From positions 109,122,001 through 109,186,000 of the forward strand of contig NC_086108.1 in the NCBI RefSeq assembly GCF_963921235.1: DNA of 64,000 bases. The letters run 5' to 3'. Under the pieces are notes generated by a model that ran no database searches, was not told the DNA's origin, and saw only the letters and a list, made by a program, of their open reading frames with translations. The position numbers and the translations under genes are program-made. The stretch comes from Mobula hypostoma. Lineage: Eukaryota. Of this stretch, positions 37,304 through 50,146 are shown piece after piece. Position 1 is the stretch's first letter. Every line of letters begins with the position of its first letter.

Positions 37304-38708
37304 AACATAGAAACATAATAAACCTACAGCACAATACCAGCCCTTTGGCCCACAATGCTGTGCCGAACATGTCCTTACCTTAGAACTACCTAGGCTTACC
37401 CATAGCCCTCTATTTTTCAAAGCTCCATGTACCTATCCAGGAGTCTCTTGAAAGACCCTATCGTATCTGCCTCCACCACCGCTGCTGGCAGCTCATTCCA
37501 CGCACTCACCACTCTCTGCGTAAAATACTTACCCCTGACATCACCTCTATACCTATTTCTAAGCACCTTAAAACTATGCCCTCTCATGCTAGCCATTTCA
37601 GCCCTGGGAAAAAGCCTCTGACTATCCACATGATCAATGCCTTTCATTATCTTGTAGACCTCTATCAGGTCACCTCTCATCCTCCATCGCTCCAAGGAGA
37701 AAAGGCCGAGTTCACTCAACCTATTCTCATAAGGCATGCTCCCCAATCCAGGCAACATCCTTGTAAATCTCCTCTGCACCCTTTCTATGGTTTCCACATC
37801 CTTCCTGTAGTGAGGCGACCAGAACTGAGCACAGTACTCCAAGTGGGGTCTGACCACCCTCCTATATAGCTGCAACATTACCTCTCAGCTCTTAAACTCA
37901 GTCCCACGGTTAATGAAGTCCAATGCACCGTTTGCCTTCTTAACCACAGAGTCAACTTGCGTAGCAGCTTTGAGTATCCTATGGACCCCAAGATCCCCCT
38001 GATCTTCCACACTGCCAAGAGTCTTACCATTAATTCTGCCATCATATTTGACCGACCAAAATGAACCATCTCACACTTATCTGGGTTGAACTCCATCTGC
38101 CACTTCTCAGCCCAGTTTTGCATCCTATCAATGTCCTAATGTAACCTCTGACAGCCTTCCACATTATCCACAACGCCCCCAGCCTTTGTGTCATCAGCAA
38201 ATTTACTAACCCATCCCTCCACTTCCTCTATGCTATGTTTAAAAGGAAGTTAGATATGGCCCTTGTGGCTACAGGGGTCAGGGGGTATGGAGGGAAGGCT
38301 GGGTTCTGAGTTGGATGATCAGCCATGATCATAATAAATGGCGGTGCAGGCTCGAAGGGCCGAATGGCCTACTCCTGCACCTATTTTCTATGTTTCTATG
38401 TTTCTATGTTTCATCCAGGTCATTTATAAAAATCACAAAGAGTAGGGGTCCCAGAACAGATCCCTAAGGCACACCACTGGTCACTGACCTCCATGCAGGA
38501 TATGACCTGTCTACAACTACTCTTTGCCTTCTGTGAGCAAGTCAATTCTGGATCCCCAAAGCAATGTCCCCTTGGATCCCATACCTCCTTACTTTCTCAA
38601 TAAGCCTTGCATGGGGTACCTTATCAATTGCCTTGCTGAAATCCATCTACACTACATCTATGTTTCTACCTTCATCAATGTGTTTAGTCATATCCTCAAA
38701 AAAATTGA
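37304..38708 (-). mobile_element. CR1 RT/3' fragment with nested + strand CR1 tail (~38232-38410)
   Basis: MQNWAEKWQMEFNPDKCE; MLQLYRRVVRPHLEYCAQFWSP. Confidence 0.88.
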
Positions 38709-41024
38709 GTTTCGCACTGACTAATAACTCCTGAGATACCGCTGATTCCAAACTGTATCGGTCTCTGCCGTTACTTTAGATTCATCAGTGACATGGAAAG
38801 GGGGAGCCTTCTGCATGGACAACAGCTTGCCCTCCATATTGTAACACCCTGGCTTACGTATTGACTGATGGTGACAATGAAGATAGCTCGGATGCAATAT
38901 CCACAGTTGGCTCAGACCAATAGGGGGCCTCAGGGTGTTTAAGGGATACATATTGCCAATAATACGGCCAGCAGTCTCGCACAGGACATTGTCATAGCAT
39001 TCCAGATAAAAAATATATTAAATGAAAGATTTGCCTAACAGAATCAGGTTGTTTGCGATTGATTCAGACAATGTGAAGTTTGTTGTTTTGTGGCAGCAGT
39101 ACAATGCAAAGAAATAGAATTATTATAAATTAAGGAGATAAAGAAGGGTCTCATCATGAAAAATACGATCTTTAGTGCTCTCCATGGATGCTGACTGACT
39201 GGGTGAGTTCCTCCAATAATTTGTGTTTGTGTGATGAGTTTTATTTGTCACATGTACATCGACACATGCAGTGAAATGCATCGTTTGCAGCGGCGGCCAA
39301 CACAATACAAGAGCATCCCTCAAGTGTCGCTACGCTTTTGGTGCCAACATAGCACGCCCTCAACTCACTAACCCTGACCGTTGCGTCTTCGGAATACCCG
39401 AGGAGACCGGAGCACATGGAGGACGTCAACACCATCACAGGGCAGATGTACAAACTCCTTACAGACAGCAGCGGGAATTGAACCTTGATCTTACAGCAGT
39501 TATGCTAACCATTAAACTAAATTAAATTAGTAGTGCAAGAATAAAGAGTAATGAGGTAGTGTTCATGGGTTCAAGGGTCATTCAGAAATCTGATGGCAGA
39601 GGGAAAGAAGCTGTTCCTAAGACATCAAGTGTGAGTCATCAGGCTCCTGTACCTCCTCCCTGATTGTAATAATCGGAAGGGGAAATGACCTGGGTGGTGT
39701 GGGTCCGTAGTAATGGATGCACCGGAGTTTCCACACCAGGAGGTGATGCAACCAGTCGGAATGCTCTCCACCACACAGCTGTAGAAATTTGTGAGTGTCT
39801 TTGGTGACATACCAAACCTCCTCAATCTCCTAATGAATCAGAATCAGAATCAGAATTAAATTCAATATCACCAGCATATGTCGTGAAGTTTGTTAACTTA
39901 GCAGCAGCAGTACAATTCAATACATGATAAAATAGAAAAAAATAAGTAAGTTGATTACAGTAAGTAAATACGTACATTAAATACTTAAATTAAAAATAGT
40001 GCAAAACAAATAATATTTTTAAAAAGTGGGGAAGTGTTCATGGGTTCATTGCCCATTTAGGAATCGGATGGCAGAAGGGAAGAAGCTGTTCCTGAATGGC
40101 TGAGTGTGTGTCTTCGGGTTTCTGTACCACCTCCCTGATGGTAACAATGAGAAGAGGGCATGTCCTGGGTGATAGGGGTCCTTACTAATAGATGCCACCT
40201 TTCTGAGGCACCATTCCTTGAAGTCCAGATACTACAGATGTTAGTATCTAATATGGAGCTGGCTAATTTAACAACTTTCTGTAGCTCCTTTCGATCCTGT
40301 GCAGTAGCCCCCCCACCCCATACCAGACTGTGGTGCTGCCTTCACGGTACATCTGTAGAAACTTTTGAGTGTTTTAGGAGGTAGAAGTAGATCTACTGCT
40401 GTGCCTTCTTTGTGATTGCTTCATTGTGCTAGGTGTAGCCATCACATCAGAAACAATAGCCTGAATCATACCCTGTAACCTTCTACATCCTCTTGTGATC
40501 CTGTCTCATTGGAGCCTCATTAGCAGGCTGTGAAAAATAACCCTGGGCTCCTCACTAAAATACAGTTTGATGTGCAGCCACCTTTGTGATATTGGAAGTA
40601 TGTCTACCAATCTGTAGACAAAACCCTCCAACAAAATGTAATATGACAATGGCCACAACACCTTGTGGTATTGAGCTCTTAAAGTTAGTGGAATCAAAGG
40701 TTATGGGGATAAGGCAGGAAATGGATACTGATAGTGGATGATCAGCCATGATCACAGTGAATGGCGGTGCTGGCTCAAAGGGCCGAATGGCCTACTCCTG
40801 CACCTATTGTCTATTGTTTATTGTCTATTGATTAAGGGTTACATGTTGGCAGAGTCACTGAGGATAAATGCACTGCCTATCATCATTAAGGACATCCAAT
40901 ATCCAGGGCATCCCTTCTCATTACTACCACTGGAAAGGAGGCATAAGAACCTGAAGACACACATCCAAAACATTGATACAATCACAAAGAAGGCACACCA
41001 GGGCCCTACTTCATTAGGAATTTG

Positions 41025-41637
41025 CCTATAAAAACAAGGATGTAATGCTGAGGCTTTAAAAAGCACTGGCGAGGCCTCACTTGGAGTATTGTGATGAGTT
41101 TTGGGCACCCTACCTAAGAAACAATATCCTGATGTTGGTGAGGATTTGAAGGAGGTTCACAGAAATGATTCTGGGTTTGAAAGGCTTATAATATAAGAAA
41201 TGTTTGATGGCTCTAGGACTGTATTCTCTGGAATTTAGAAGGATGAGGGGGATCTCATTAAAACCTATCAAATGTTGTAAGATCTAGATAGAGTGGATAT
41301 GGAGAGGGTATTTCCTATGGTGGGGGAGTCTAGGAACAGAGGGAAAAAACTCAGAATAGAAGGACGTCCATTTAGAACGGAGATGAGGAGAAATTTCTTT
41401 GGCCAGATGGTGGTGAATCTATGGAATTCATTTCCACGGGTAGCTGTGGAGGCCAAGTTATTGGGTATATTTAAGGCAGCAGTTGATAGATTCCTGATAA
41501 GTCAGTGCGTGGAAGGGAGAAGGCAGGAGAACAGGTTGAAAAGGATAATAAATCAGACATGATGTAATGGTGGAGCAGGCTTGATGGGCCCAATGGCTTA
41601 ATTCTACTCCTATGCTTATGGTCTTATGGTCTTATGA
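41025..41637 (+). mobile_element. CR1 3' fragment
   Basis: RPFRTEMRRNFFGQMVVNLWNSFP; (TCTTATGG)n tail. Confidence 0.8.
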
Positions 41638-42004
41638 CATTCTTAAATAGACATGTGGATGACAGAAAAATAGAGGGCTACGTACAAGGGATGGGCGAGA
41701 TTTACCTCAGAATAGGTTAACAGCTCTGCAGAACATCATGGGCCAAAGGGCCACAGGCTACTCTGCTGTAATTTTCTCTGTTCTATGTTCTATGACTTCA
41801 AACTTTACCTGCTCCTGCACCTCTGTACTGCTGGGGGTGATGGTAGAGGCTGATACATTAAGAACATTGAAACTCTTAGATGCGTATGTGGATGATGTAA
41901 AAACTAAGGGTTACTGGCTAGTAGGTGGTAAGGGTTAGACTGATAGTGGAATAGGTTATATGGAAAGGCACAATATCCTGGGTTGAAGAGCATATACTGT
42001 TTTT

Positions 42005-42250
42005 GCAACATACATAAAAGTTGCTGGTGAACGCAGCAGGCCAGGCAGCATCTCTAGGAAGAGGTGCAGTCGACGTTTCAGGCCGAGACCCTTCGTCAGG
42101 ACTAACTGAAGGAAGAGTGAGTAGTCCTGACGAAGGGTCTTGGCCTGAAATGTTGGATGTTTATTCCCCTCGACTGATGCAGCCTGACTTGCTGAGTTCC
42201 TCCAGCAATTTGTGTATGTTGCTCAAGATTTCCAGCACCTGCAAGATCCC
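42005..42250. mobile_element. Tail-to-tail pLTR pair (young left arm, older right arm)
   Basis: Inverted pLTR copies meeting near 42120; no clear TSD. Confidence 0.75.
42067..42104 (-). ncRNA. Minimal type I hammerhead ribozyme motif (best-preserved copy)
   Basis: Minus strand TAGTC-CTGACGA-AGG gtctcgg CCT-GAAA-C-GTC^GACTG; 5-bp stem I, 3-bp stem II, intact core. Confidence 0.75.
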
Positions 42251-43237
42251 TTAAACCATAAAACCGTAAGATATAGGAACAAAATTAGGCCATTAGTCAC
42301 ATTGAGTCTGCTCCGCCATTCCATCATAGCTGATTTATTATCCCTCTCAACACCATTCTCCTGCCTTTTCCCCTTAACCTTTAACACCCTGACTAATCAA
42401 GAACCTATCAACCTCTGCTTTAAATGTACCCAATGACTTGGCCTCCACAGATTCACCACCCTGAGGCTAAAGAAATTTCTCCTCATCTCTGTTCTAAATG
42501 GATGTCCCTCTATTCTGAAGCTGTGCCCTCCGATCCTAGAAACTACAGCCCCCCCCCCCCGACTACAGGAAACATCTTCTCCACACCCACCCTATCTAGG
42601 CCTTTCAGTATTCGATGGGTTTCAACGAGATTCCCCTCATTCTTCTCAACTCCAGTGAGTGCAGGCCCAGATTGAAATCTTGTGCGTCACATTAAGGAAT
42701 GGCTGAGTTTTATTTTAATTAATGTCACATCGACATAGGAAATCTGTAAACTGGAGCCAATGTGGCCAGTAGAACGGTAAAGTACAACAGAAGGGAATCA
42801 ATAACTCTCAGGGAGATCAATGTCAATTCCTTAATTGATTATTACCACATAGTAAAACCCTCGGTATAATCACTGCGTCTCAATAATTCATCCTCTCTAA
42901 GTGGCTGTGTATAACATGTGCCCTAAATTGCTACAACTAATTGTTACAGATTGAAGTGCTTTTATGGATCTCAGTAAAAATTAGTGTTGAGTTAAGTTGA
43001 AGATGATGGCTTGAATTTATGTTGTGCTGCAGCAGATCTCCCTGGAAATATAAAGCATAAACAGAAGATGCCTCTCACTAACTGCAGGGAGGGATGTACT
43101 CACTGAAGCTGATGTAGTGATGTGAAAGTGAGGAAAGAGTGTTCATGTGTTCACGAATCGATGAACACCACCTCACTATTTTGTTTTCTTCTTGCATTAT
43201 TTATCCTCCAAAGGGACCACAAACTTGTCTTTGGATT

Positions 43238-43535
43238 TGCAGGCTTGCATGCTTCAATGACCCAGAGAGCCATGTTGGCTGGAGTCAAGGCTTTATTCTG
43301 AGGCACCAGTCCTCCAGATTCAAGGGTTCAGCTCAGGGCTAACAACCCTGGCTGGTAAAACAAAATTGTTACAGAACCAGTAATGAAGAATCCTTCTACA
43401 TCTGAGTGTGACGGTATTCCTGAGTCTGCATCCGGGACTTGCGTGACTGACAGTAGTGAAAACCAAGAGGAAGCTACTGACACGATGAACACCACCACCG
43501 ATGGGTGACCTTCATTGCTGCCCTGAGCACCATTA
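43238..43535 (+). mobile_element. RTE-derived non-autonomous element
   Basis: RTE 5'-UTR-like gggctaacaaccctggctggtaaaac and 3'-like ttcattgctgccct. Confidence 0.45.
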
Positions 43536-43572
43536 ACGTAACGGGCAGCAATTAAGTAAGTTGCAATACTTA

Positions 43573-44393
43573 TATCACAACCATGGATGCTGCTGCGGGG
43601 TCTACGCGCCCGCGCGGGCTGGTAACGGAGCAGGTTCTGCAATCGTGCTCGGGAGTATGCATGTTCCAGCTAATTACAATTACAATATGGTAGTAGTTAA
43701 CTCCCTGCTTTTCACTCTAGTCTGGTGGAGTCTTGCTGGCACGATGTTCGGATATGGCCCAAGTGCATTGAGAGAGAGAGAGAGAGATACTGAAGTGGGT
43801 CGACAGTTCACTGACTTTAATCAGAGCTGTTGCGGAATTTAAAAGAAAAGGATAAACAATAATGGCTAGTCCAAAAGAGCCATTAACTAAAATTCTCAAA
43901 CTGTAAGTTAAATGCCCCAGTGGGTTGTGGGGTTACAGCGATGTGGTGGCTTGAAGGACCAGAAAGGCACTGTATGTATGAATGAATGAATGAATAAATA
44001 GATAGATAGATAGATAAATAAATGAATAAATAAGGAAAATGTGTGTGAAAGGGACCGCGAGACAGCAGAGAGTGTGAAAGACAGTATATGTGAGAGAAAG
44101 TGCAAGTTATGCAGCAATAATTAAATACTAAATGAGCACTGCTCCTTTACTGCATCAAATGGGAATGGTAGTCCTCTTACCCTGACAAGGACAAGGGTAA
44201 GCGGGGGGGGGAGGTAAACACTGCTGTGCGTTTGGTCAAGTCTCGACAAGACGAAAAGAAGGGAGGTAAATACCACCATAATGAAACAGTAATTAGCTGG
44301 AATGTGCATACTCATGAGCAAGCTTGTCGAACCTGTTCTACAGACTGCCTGTGCGGGCGCATGGACCTCACATCAGAGTCCACGGTTGTGGCA
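43573..44393. mobile_element. Unclassified element with ~165-bp terminal inverted repeats
   Basis: 43573-43740 is a diverged reverse complement of ~44230-44393; flanks actta / attta. Confidence 0.6.
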
Positions 44394-44827
44394 ATTTATT
44401 TATGTTTTTACCTAATATCTTACTGTAATTTATAGTCATTTTTAGTGGTTGAACTATACTGCTGCCATGAAACAACACATTTCACAGCATACTGTACGTC
44501 AATGATAATAACCCGATTCTGACACCAATTGTGATTCTGATCCTCAATCTTGATCAAGCTTTCAGGAACCTGTTTTTGTATTTTTCAGAGACAGACAGAC
44601 AGAGGGACTGAAAGGGAGATAGACACAGGGAGGGATTGTCAGAAACTGAAAGAGAAAATATGAGTGAGAAAGTGAGAGAGGGAACATGAGAGAGTCTGAA
44701 AGAGTAAGAGAAAATGTGAGAGAGATTGTGCAGAAGACGATGCAGAGAGTGTATGAAAAAGAGAGGGCATGCGTGTGTAGAGTGTGTGTGTGAGAGGGAG
44801 AGTATAGAGAGAATGCCGTGATGCCAT

Positions 44828-45127
44828 GATAGCACAGAGGCTAGCACGACGCTGTTACTGCTTGCAGAGTTCTGGAGTTTGATGTTTAAGTCCAGCATCA
44901 TTCTGTGAGGAGACTCTGTACATCTTCCCTGTTGAATGGGTGTGTTTTCCCCGGTTCTCTGGTCTCTTCCCACAGTCCAAAGTCATATTGGGTAGGTTAA
45001 GTGGTCATTGTAAATTGTCCCATGATTAGGTTAGGGTTAATCAGGATTGTTGGGTTGCTGGGGTACTATGTCTGAAGGGGCTGGAAGGTCCTACTCCCCA
45101 CTGCATTGCTAAATTAAAATAAAAATA
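44828..45127 (+). mobile_element. V-SINE/HE1-like SINE
   Basis: V-like core gttttccccggttctctggtctcttcccacagtccaaag; A/T-rich tail; resembles 11051-11330. Confidence 0.65.
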
Positions 45128-45139
45128 AGAAAGTGAAAG

Positions 45140-45675
45140 TATATGTGAGATCAGAGAGAGGAAGGGCCGGTAGAGAGAGTGAGGAAGACAGTATGTGAGA
45201 GAAGGAAAGACAGGAAGTGCAAGAGACAGAGTGTGTGTGAGAAAGGGAGAGAAAGCAAAAGAGTGAGAGAGGGAGTGTGTAAGAGAGCAATAGAGTGCGA
45301 GAGAGGGAAAGAGAGAGAGTGTGAGAGAGCAATAGTGCGAGAGGAGAAAGAGAGAGAGTCAGAGAACAATAGAGTGAGAGAGAGGGAAAGAGGGAGAGAA
45401 TGTCAGAGAGCGATAGAGTGCGCGAGGGGGAAAGAGAGGGAGATAGTGCCAGAGAGCAATAGAGTGCGAAGAGAAAGAGAGAGAGAGAGTCAGAGAACAA
45501 TAGAGTGGGGGGAGAGAGGGAGAGAATGTCAGAGAGCAATAGAGTGAGAGAAAGAGAGAGTGTCAGAGAACAATAGAGTTGGGAGGAGAGAGGGAGAGAG
45601 TGTGAGAGAGCAATAGAGAAAGAGAGAAGGAAAGAGAGGGAGAGAATGTCAGACAGCAATAGAGTGAGAGAATGG
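45140..45675. repeat. GA-rich minisatellite-like array
   Basis: Recurrent gagagcaatagagtg unit separated by variable (GA)n; related GA-rich DNA at 44585-44815. Confidence 0.8.
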
Positions 45676-46071
45676 AAAACACTGGGGAAACTAAGCAGGT
45701 CACACAATATCCTACATCAAGCGTTGACGATACCAAACACAACATACTAGGACAAGCAGTCAGCTGAGCTGAGACACTGCAATTATGGATCAGTTGAAAT
45801 GATCAATCAATGGAGGAATTAAGGTTGAAAACAGCACTTCTATCTCGTTACAAATTAAGTTAAATGATGTGAAGACACTCCAGTGATTATCTCTCACTTT
45901 TGTAGAGTAGTTGATGTGAAGACATGACGATGATGTATGCACTTGTGTATATTAGATACAGAGCGAACAGAGAGCAAGGGAGGGTTGATTAGTTCATGTC
46001 AATAAGATCTCAGCAGAGGGCAAAGAACATTATGTAGTCTTACCGAATCTCAGTGGAAAAAGCCAGCTTAC

Positions 46072-46450
46072 ATTCGTTCGTTAAGTGCCATGTTGTATGA
46101 CATGGGCAATCGTGGTCTTTCCATGACCTTAATAGTTCTCGACAAGTTTTTCCACAGAAGTGGTTTGATATTGACTTCCACTGGGCAGTGTCCTTGCAAG
46201 ATGGGGGTGACCTCAGCCATTATCAATACTCTTCAGAGATTGTCTGCCTGGCATCAGTGGTCAGATAACCAAGATTTGTCATATGCACCAGCTGCTCGTA
46301 CAACCATCCACTACCTGCTCCCATGACCCTGATATCGGTATGGGGGGGGGGGGAATAAGCAGATGTTACACCTTGCCCAAAGGTGACCTGCAAGCTAGCA
46401 GAGGGAAGGGGTGCCTTACACCTCCTTTGGTAGAGATGTATCTCCACCTC
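46072..46450 (-). mobile_element. RTE-related non-autonomous element inserted in CR1
   Basis: Minus strand gaagtcaatatcaaaccacttctg segment, (ACGA)n tail, gcttaca duplicated at the flanks. Confidence 0.5.
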
Positions 46451-46553
46451 TGCTTACAATAACCCTACCTATACCTCTCCTAATTTTGTATTCCTCTATC
46501 AAATCTCCCCTCATTCTCCTGCACACCAGGGAATAAAGTCCGAACCTTTTCAA

Positions 46554-46649
46554 TGCGATACATACAATGTGCTGGAGGAGCTCAGCAGGTCACGGAGCAT
46601 CTGCAAAATGGAATAAACAGTCGACATTTCAGGCTGAGACCCTTCATCG
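46554..46649 (-). mobile_element. Mini PLE-derived insertion (older)
   Basis: pLTR fragment ending at hammerhead stem I; TSD gaaccttttcaa / gaacttattcaa. Confidence 0.65.
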
Positions 46650-46984
46650 GAACTTATTCAACCTTTCTCTCTGACTCAGGTCCACAAGTGCAAGTAACAT
46701 CCTTGTAAATTTTCTCTTTCAATCTTATTGAACTATTGAAATCCTTTCTGTTGTGCTAGAAGAGCTTTGCAGGTTATGAACAAATTAGGGCCCCGTATCC
46801 CAGGATGGATCTTTTGGCCCTGAAGAGCGTCCAGAGCAGGTTTGGAATACCTGATGAGTCAAATGGTCTAATTCTGCTGCTGTATCTCATGGTCAGGCAA
46901 TATCCATGGAAAGGAAACAGTTAACATTTCAGGTCTGGAACCACATCTTGTAGTTATCATTACTGTGCTGCCCACAAATAATAT

Positions 46985-47745
46985 TTCACCTTCCACCCTT
47001 AACCCATGATCTCAAGTTCTAGTCTCACCCAACCTCAGTGGAAAAAGCCTGCTTGCATATACCCCATTATGTCCCTCATAATTTTGTATACCTCGATCAA
47101 GACTCTTCTCAATTTTCTACGTTCCAAGGAATAAAGTTCTAACATAATCAATCTTTCCTTATACGTCAGGTCTGCCTGGCAACATCCTTGCAAATTTTCC
47201 CTGTACTCTTTCAGCCTCTTTCTCTATACACCAAAACTGCACAAAATACTCCAAATTAGGCCTCACCAACAACTTATTCAACTTCATCATAACATCCCAC
47301 CTCCTGTACTCAATACTTTGATTTATGAAGGCCAAAATCTTTCTTAATGACCCTATCTACCTGTGAAGGCACTTTCAATGAATTATGGACCTGTATTCCC
47401 AGATCTCTTTGTTCTACATCATGCCTCATAGCCCTACCATTCACTGTGGTTGATCCTACCAAAGAGCAACACCTGACACAAGTCTGCATTAAATTCCATC
47501 TGCCATTTTTCAGCCCATGTTTCCAGCTGATCCAGATCCCATTACAAGCTCTGATATTTCTCCTCACTATCCATGACACTCCCCCAATCTTGGTGTCATC
47601 TCGAAATCTGCTGATCCAGTTAAACATACTATCATCCAGATCATTGATATAGATGACATACAACAACGGACCCAGCACCGATCCCTGTGGCATACCACTA
47701 GTCACAGGCCCCCAGTCAGAGAGGTAAACATTTACTACCAGTCAA
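46985..47745 (-). mobile_element. CR1 RT fragment
   Basis: TSGMPQGSVLGPLLYVIYINDLDD...FRDDTKIGG. Confidence 0.85.
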
Positions 47746-47845
47746 AGTTGGATTTGGCCAGTTCTAGAACATAGAGTACTGCAGCACAGTACAGGCCATA
47801 TGGCCCATGATGTACCAAACGTTCTACTCTATGATCAACCTAAAC

Positions 47846-47916
47846 TAGGGGTTCTGAACCTTTTTTTATGTCATGGATCCCTCCACTAACCAAGGAGTCC
47901 AGATTGGGAACCACTG
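47846..47916. mobile_element. hAT/Charlie-like MITE
   Basis: taggggttc...gaaccactg TIRs; 8-bp TSD acctaaac / atctaaac. Confidence 0.6.
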
Positions 47917-49185
47917 ATCTAAACCAATACTCCTAAAGAGTCCTCCATTTCTCGATAATCCATCTGACTATCTAGAGGTCTCTTCAGTGCCACTAATATA
48001 CCTGCCTCTACCACCACAACTAGCAACGCATATAACACACTCACCACTCTCTAAAAATTTACTTCTGACATCCCCTCAGACTTTCCTCCAATCACCTTAA
48101 ATTTGCCATTTCTACCCTGAGAAAAAGTCTCTGACTAACTGTGCACTTGATCAAAGTCTCTTAAAAACTTGTACGCCTCTATCAAGTTGCCTTTCATTCT
48201 CCTTCACTCCAAAGAGAAAAGCCCTAGCTCACTTAACCTATCTTCATAAAATATGCTCTCTAATCCAGGCAGATTAAAGGTGGATTTGGGCAGTCTTCTT
48301 TGGTTTGATAATGCAACCAGCATCTCCGGCAAGATGAAGCAAAACAAAAGGTGCCTTCTCACAAAAAGCAATGAGGACATTCTCTAGGTCAACACACAGA
48401 AAATGCTGGAGCACCTCGGCAAGTCAGGCAGCATCTATGGAGAGGAATATACAGTCACTGATGAAAGGCTGAGACCTTTCTTCAGGACTGGAAAGGAAGG
48501 ATGAAGAAGCCAAAACAAGAATAATAAAAAAAAGAGTAAGAAGGATTGTGGATGATGTGAAGATAGGTGAAGGGGCATGAGGAAATAAAGAAGGATAGAC
48601 AGATTAGAAGAATGGGTAGATGGAATATAGTGTCAGGAAATGAATGGTCATACACTTTGATAGAAGAAGTAAAAGCATAGACTATTTCCTAAATCAAGAG
48701 AAATTTTTAAAAAACCTGAGGTGCAAAGGGACTTGGGAGTCCTCATGCAGGATTTGCTGAACGTTATTTGCAGGTTAAGTCAGATGTGAGGAAGACAAAT
48801 GTGATGTTAGCATTCATTTTGAGGAGACTAGAATATCAAAACAAGGATGTAATGTTGAGGCTTTATAGAGCACTGGTGACACCTCACTTGGAGTATTGTG
48901 AGCAGTTTTGGGCCCCTTATCTTAGAAAAGATGTGTTGACATTGGAAAGGGTTCAAAGGAGGTTCACAAAAATGAATACGGGACTAAAAGGCTAGTCATA
49001 GGAAGAGTGTTGTGTCTGTGCATAACTACATATTGATTAAATAAAAGCATGCCCATGGGAGGTGGCTTTAACTGGTGTATTCACATTGCAACGAGAAAGA
49101 GCAAGCAAGAACAATGCGCATGTACAGACTACAGCGCATGCACAGACAACATATCAATGTGTAGTGAAGGGGGAGGGTCATTGCT

Positions 49186-49360
49186 CTTGGAGGGTCAGAC
49201 ACCCTGAGCCAATAAGCTGGTCCTGGACTTATTTCCTGGCATAATTTACATATTACTATTTAACTATTTATGGTTTTATTACTATTTATTATTTATGGTG
49301 CAACTGTAACGAAAACCAATTTCCCCCGGGATCAATAAAGTACGACTATGACTATGACTA
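49186..49360 (+). mobile_element. Rex/Babar (TATGAC)n family 3' end within the Gypsy LTR
   Basis: Near-identical to 12460-12630. Confidence 0.85.
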
Positions 49361-49784
49361 AAAGAAATAGATTAATTAATTACACTTCCTGCCCTTTTAG
49401 ATTAGTGCACATAATAAAACTGTATAAGTGCAAAACATTCAGTTTCCCTTTCATATACTCATATTCCAAATAAACATGTTTTGACAATAACAGCCCATAA
49501 CTAACTTCACAGTTCTAAAGATGTAGTCTTCTGGTTGCATTCTGTTTCTTTCAGGATAGTGCCTCTGGACCTATGGAGTAGCATCAGGTTTGGTTGGTGT
49601 CTTGTCTAAGACAACGTTCTCAGTTTCAGTAGTCACATCGTTGTCAATGTCATAAACACTGAAAGGTAAGTCCAGAGACTGTAATGTGTCCATCTTATTG
49701 GACACAGTCGACTCAACTATGTTCTTCAGTTGAGCATGAAGAACATGATGTCTCCATGTCTGATCTCCAACATCCACTGCGTCC

Positions 49785-50146
49785 TCTGAAAAGAGGATGC
49801 TGTCCAAGTTGCATGCCATCTTGGTCAATGTCTCCCATCCACTACATAATGTACTGGGTGGGCACAGGAGTACATTCAGCCAGAGACTCATCCCACCGAG
49901 ATGCAACACAGAGCGTCATAGGAAGTCATTCCTGCCTGTGGCCATCAAACTTTACAACTCCTCCCTTGGAGGGTCAGACACCCTCAGCCAATAGGCTGGT
50001 CCTGGACTTATTTCCTGGCACGATTTACATATTTACATATTACTATTTAACTATTTATGGTTTTATTACTATTTATTATTTATGATGCAACTGCACGAAA
50101 ACCAATTTCCCCCGGGATCAATAAAGTATGACTATGACTATGACTA
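49785..50146 (+). mobile_element. Rex/Babar (TATGAC)n family 3' fragment within the Gypsy internal region
   Basis: MLSKLHAILVNVSHPLHNVLGGH...; near-identical to 12281-12630. Confidence 0.88.

Noticed and set aside
43238..43330. Possible HDV-like ribozyme in an RTE-like 5' end
   Set aside because: The nested double pseudoknot could not be assembled by eye and this copy appears deleted
45140..45675. CRISPR-like repeat/spacer appearance
   Set aside because: Spacers are (GA)n, not unique; eukaryotic context; no cas genes
45114..45707. 197-aa Leu/Ser-rich and 122-aa Arg/Glu-rich ORFs
   Set aside because: Translations of GA/TC low-complexity repeat
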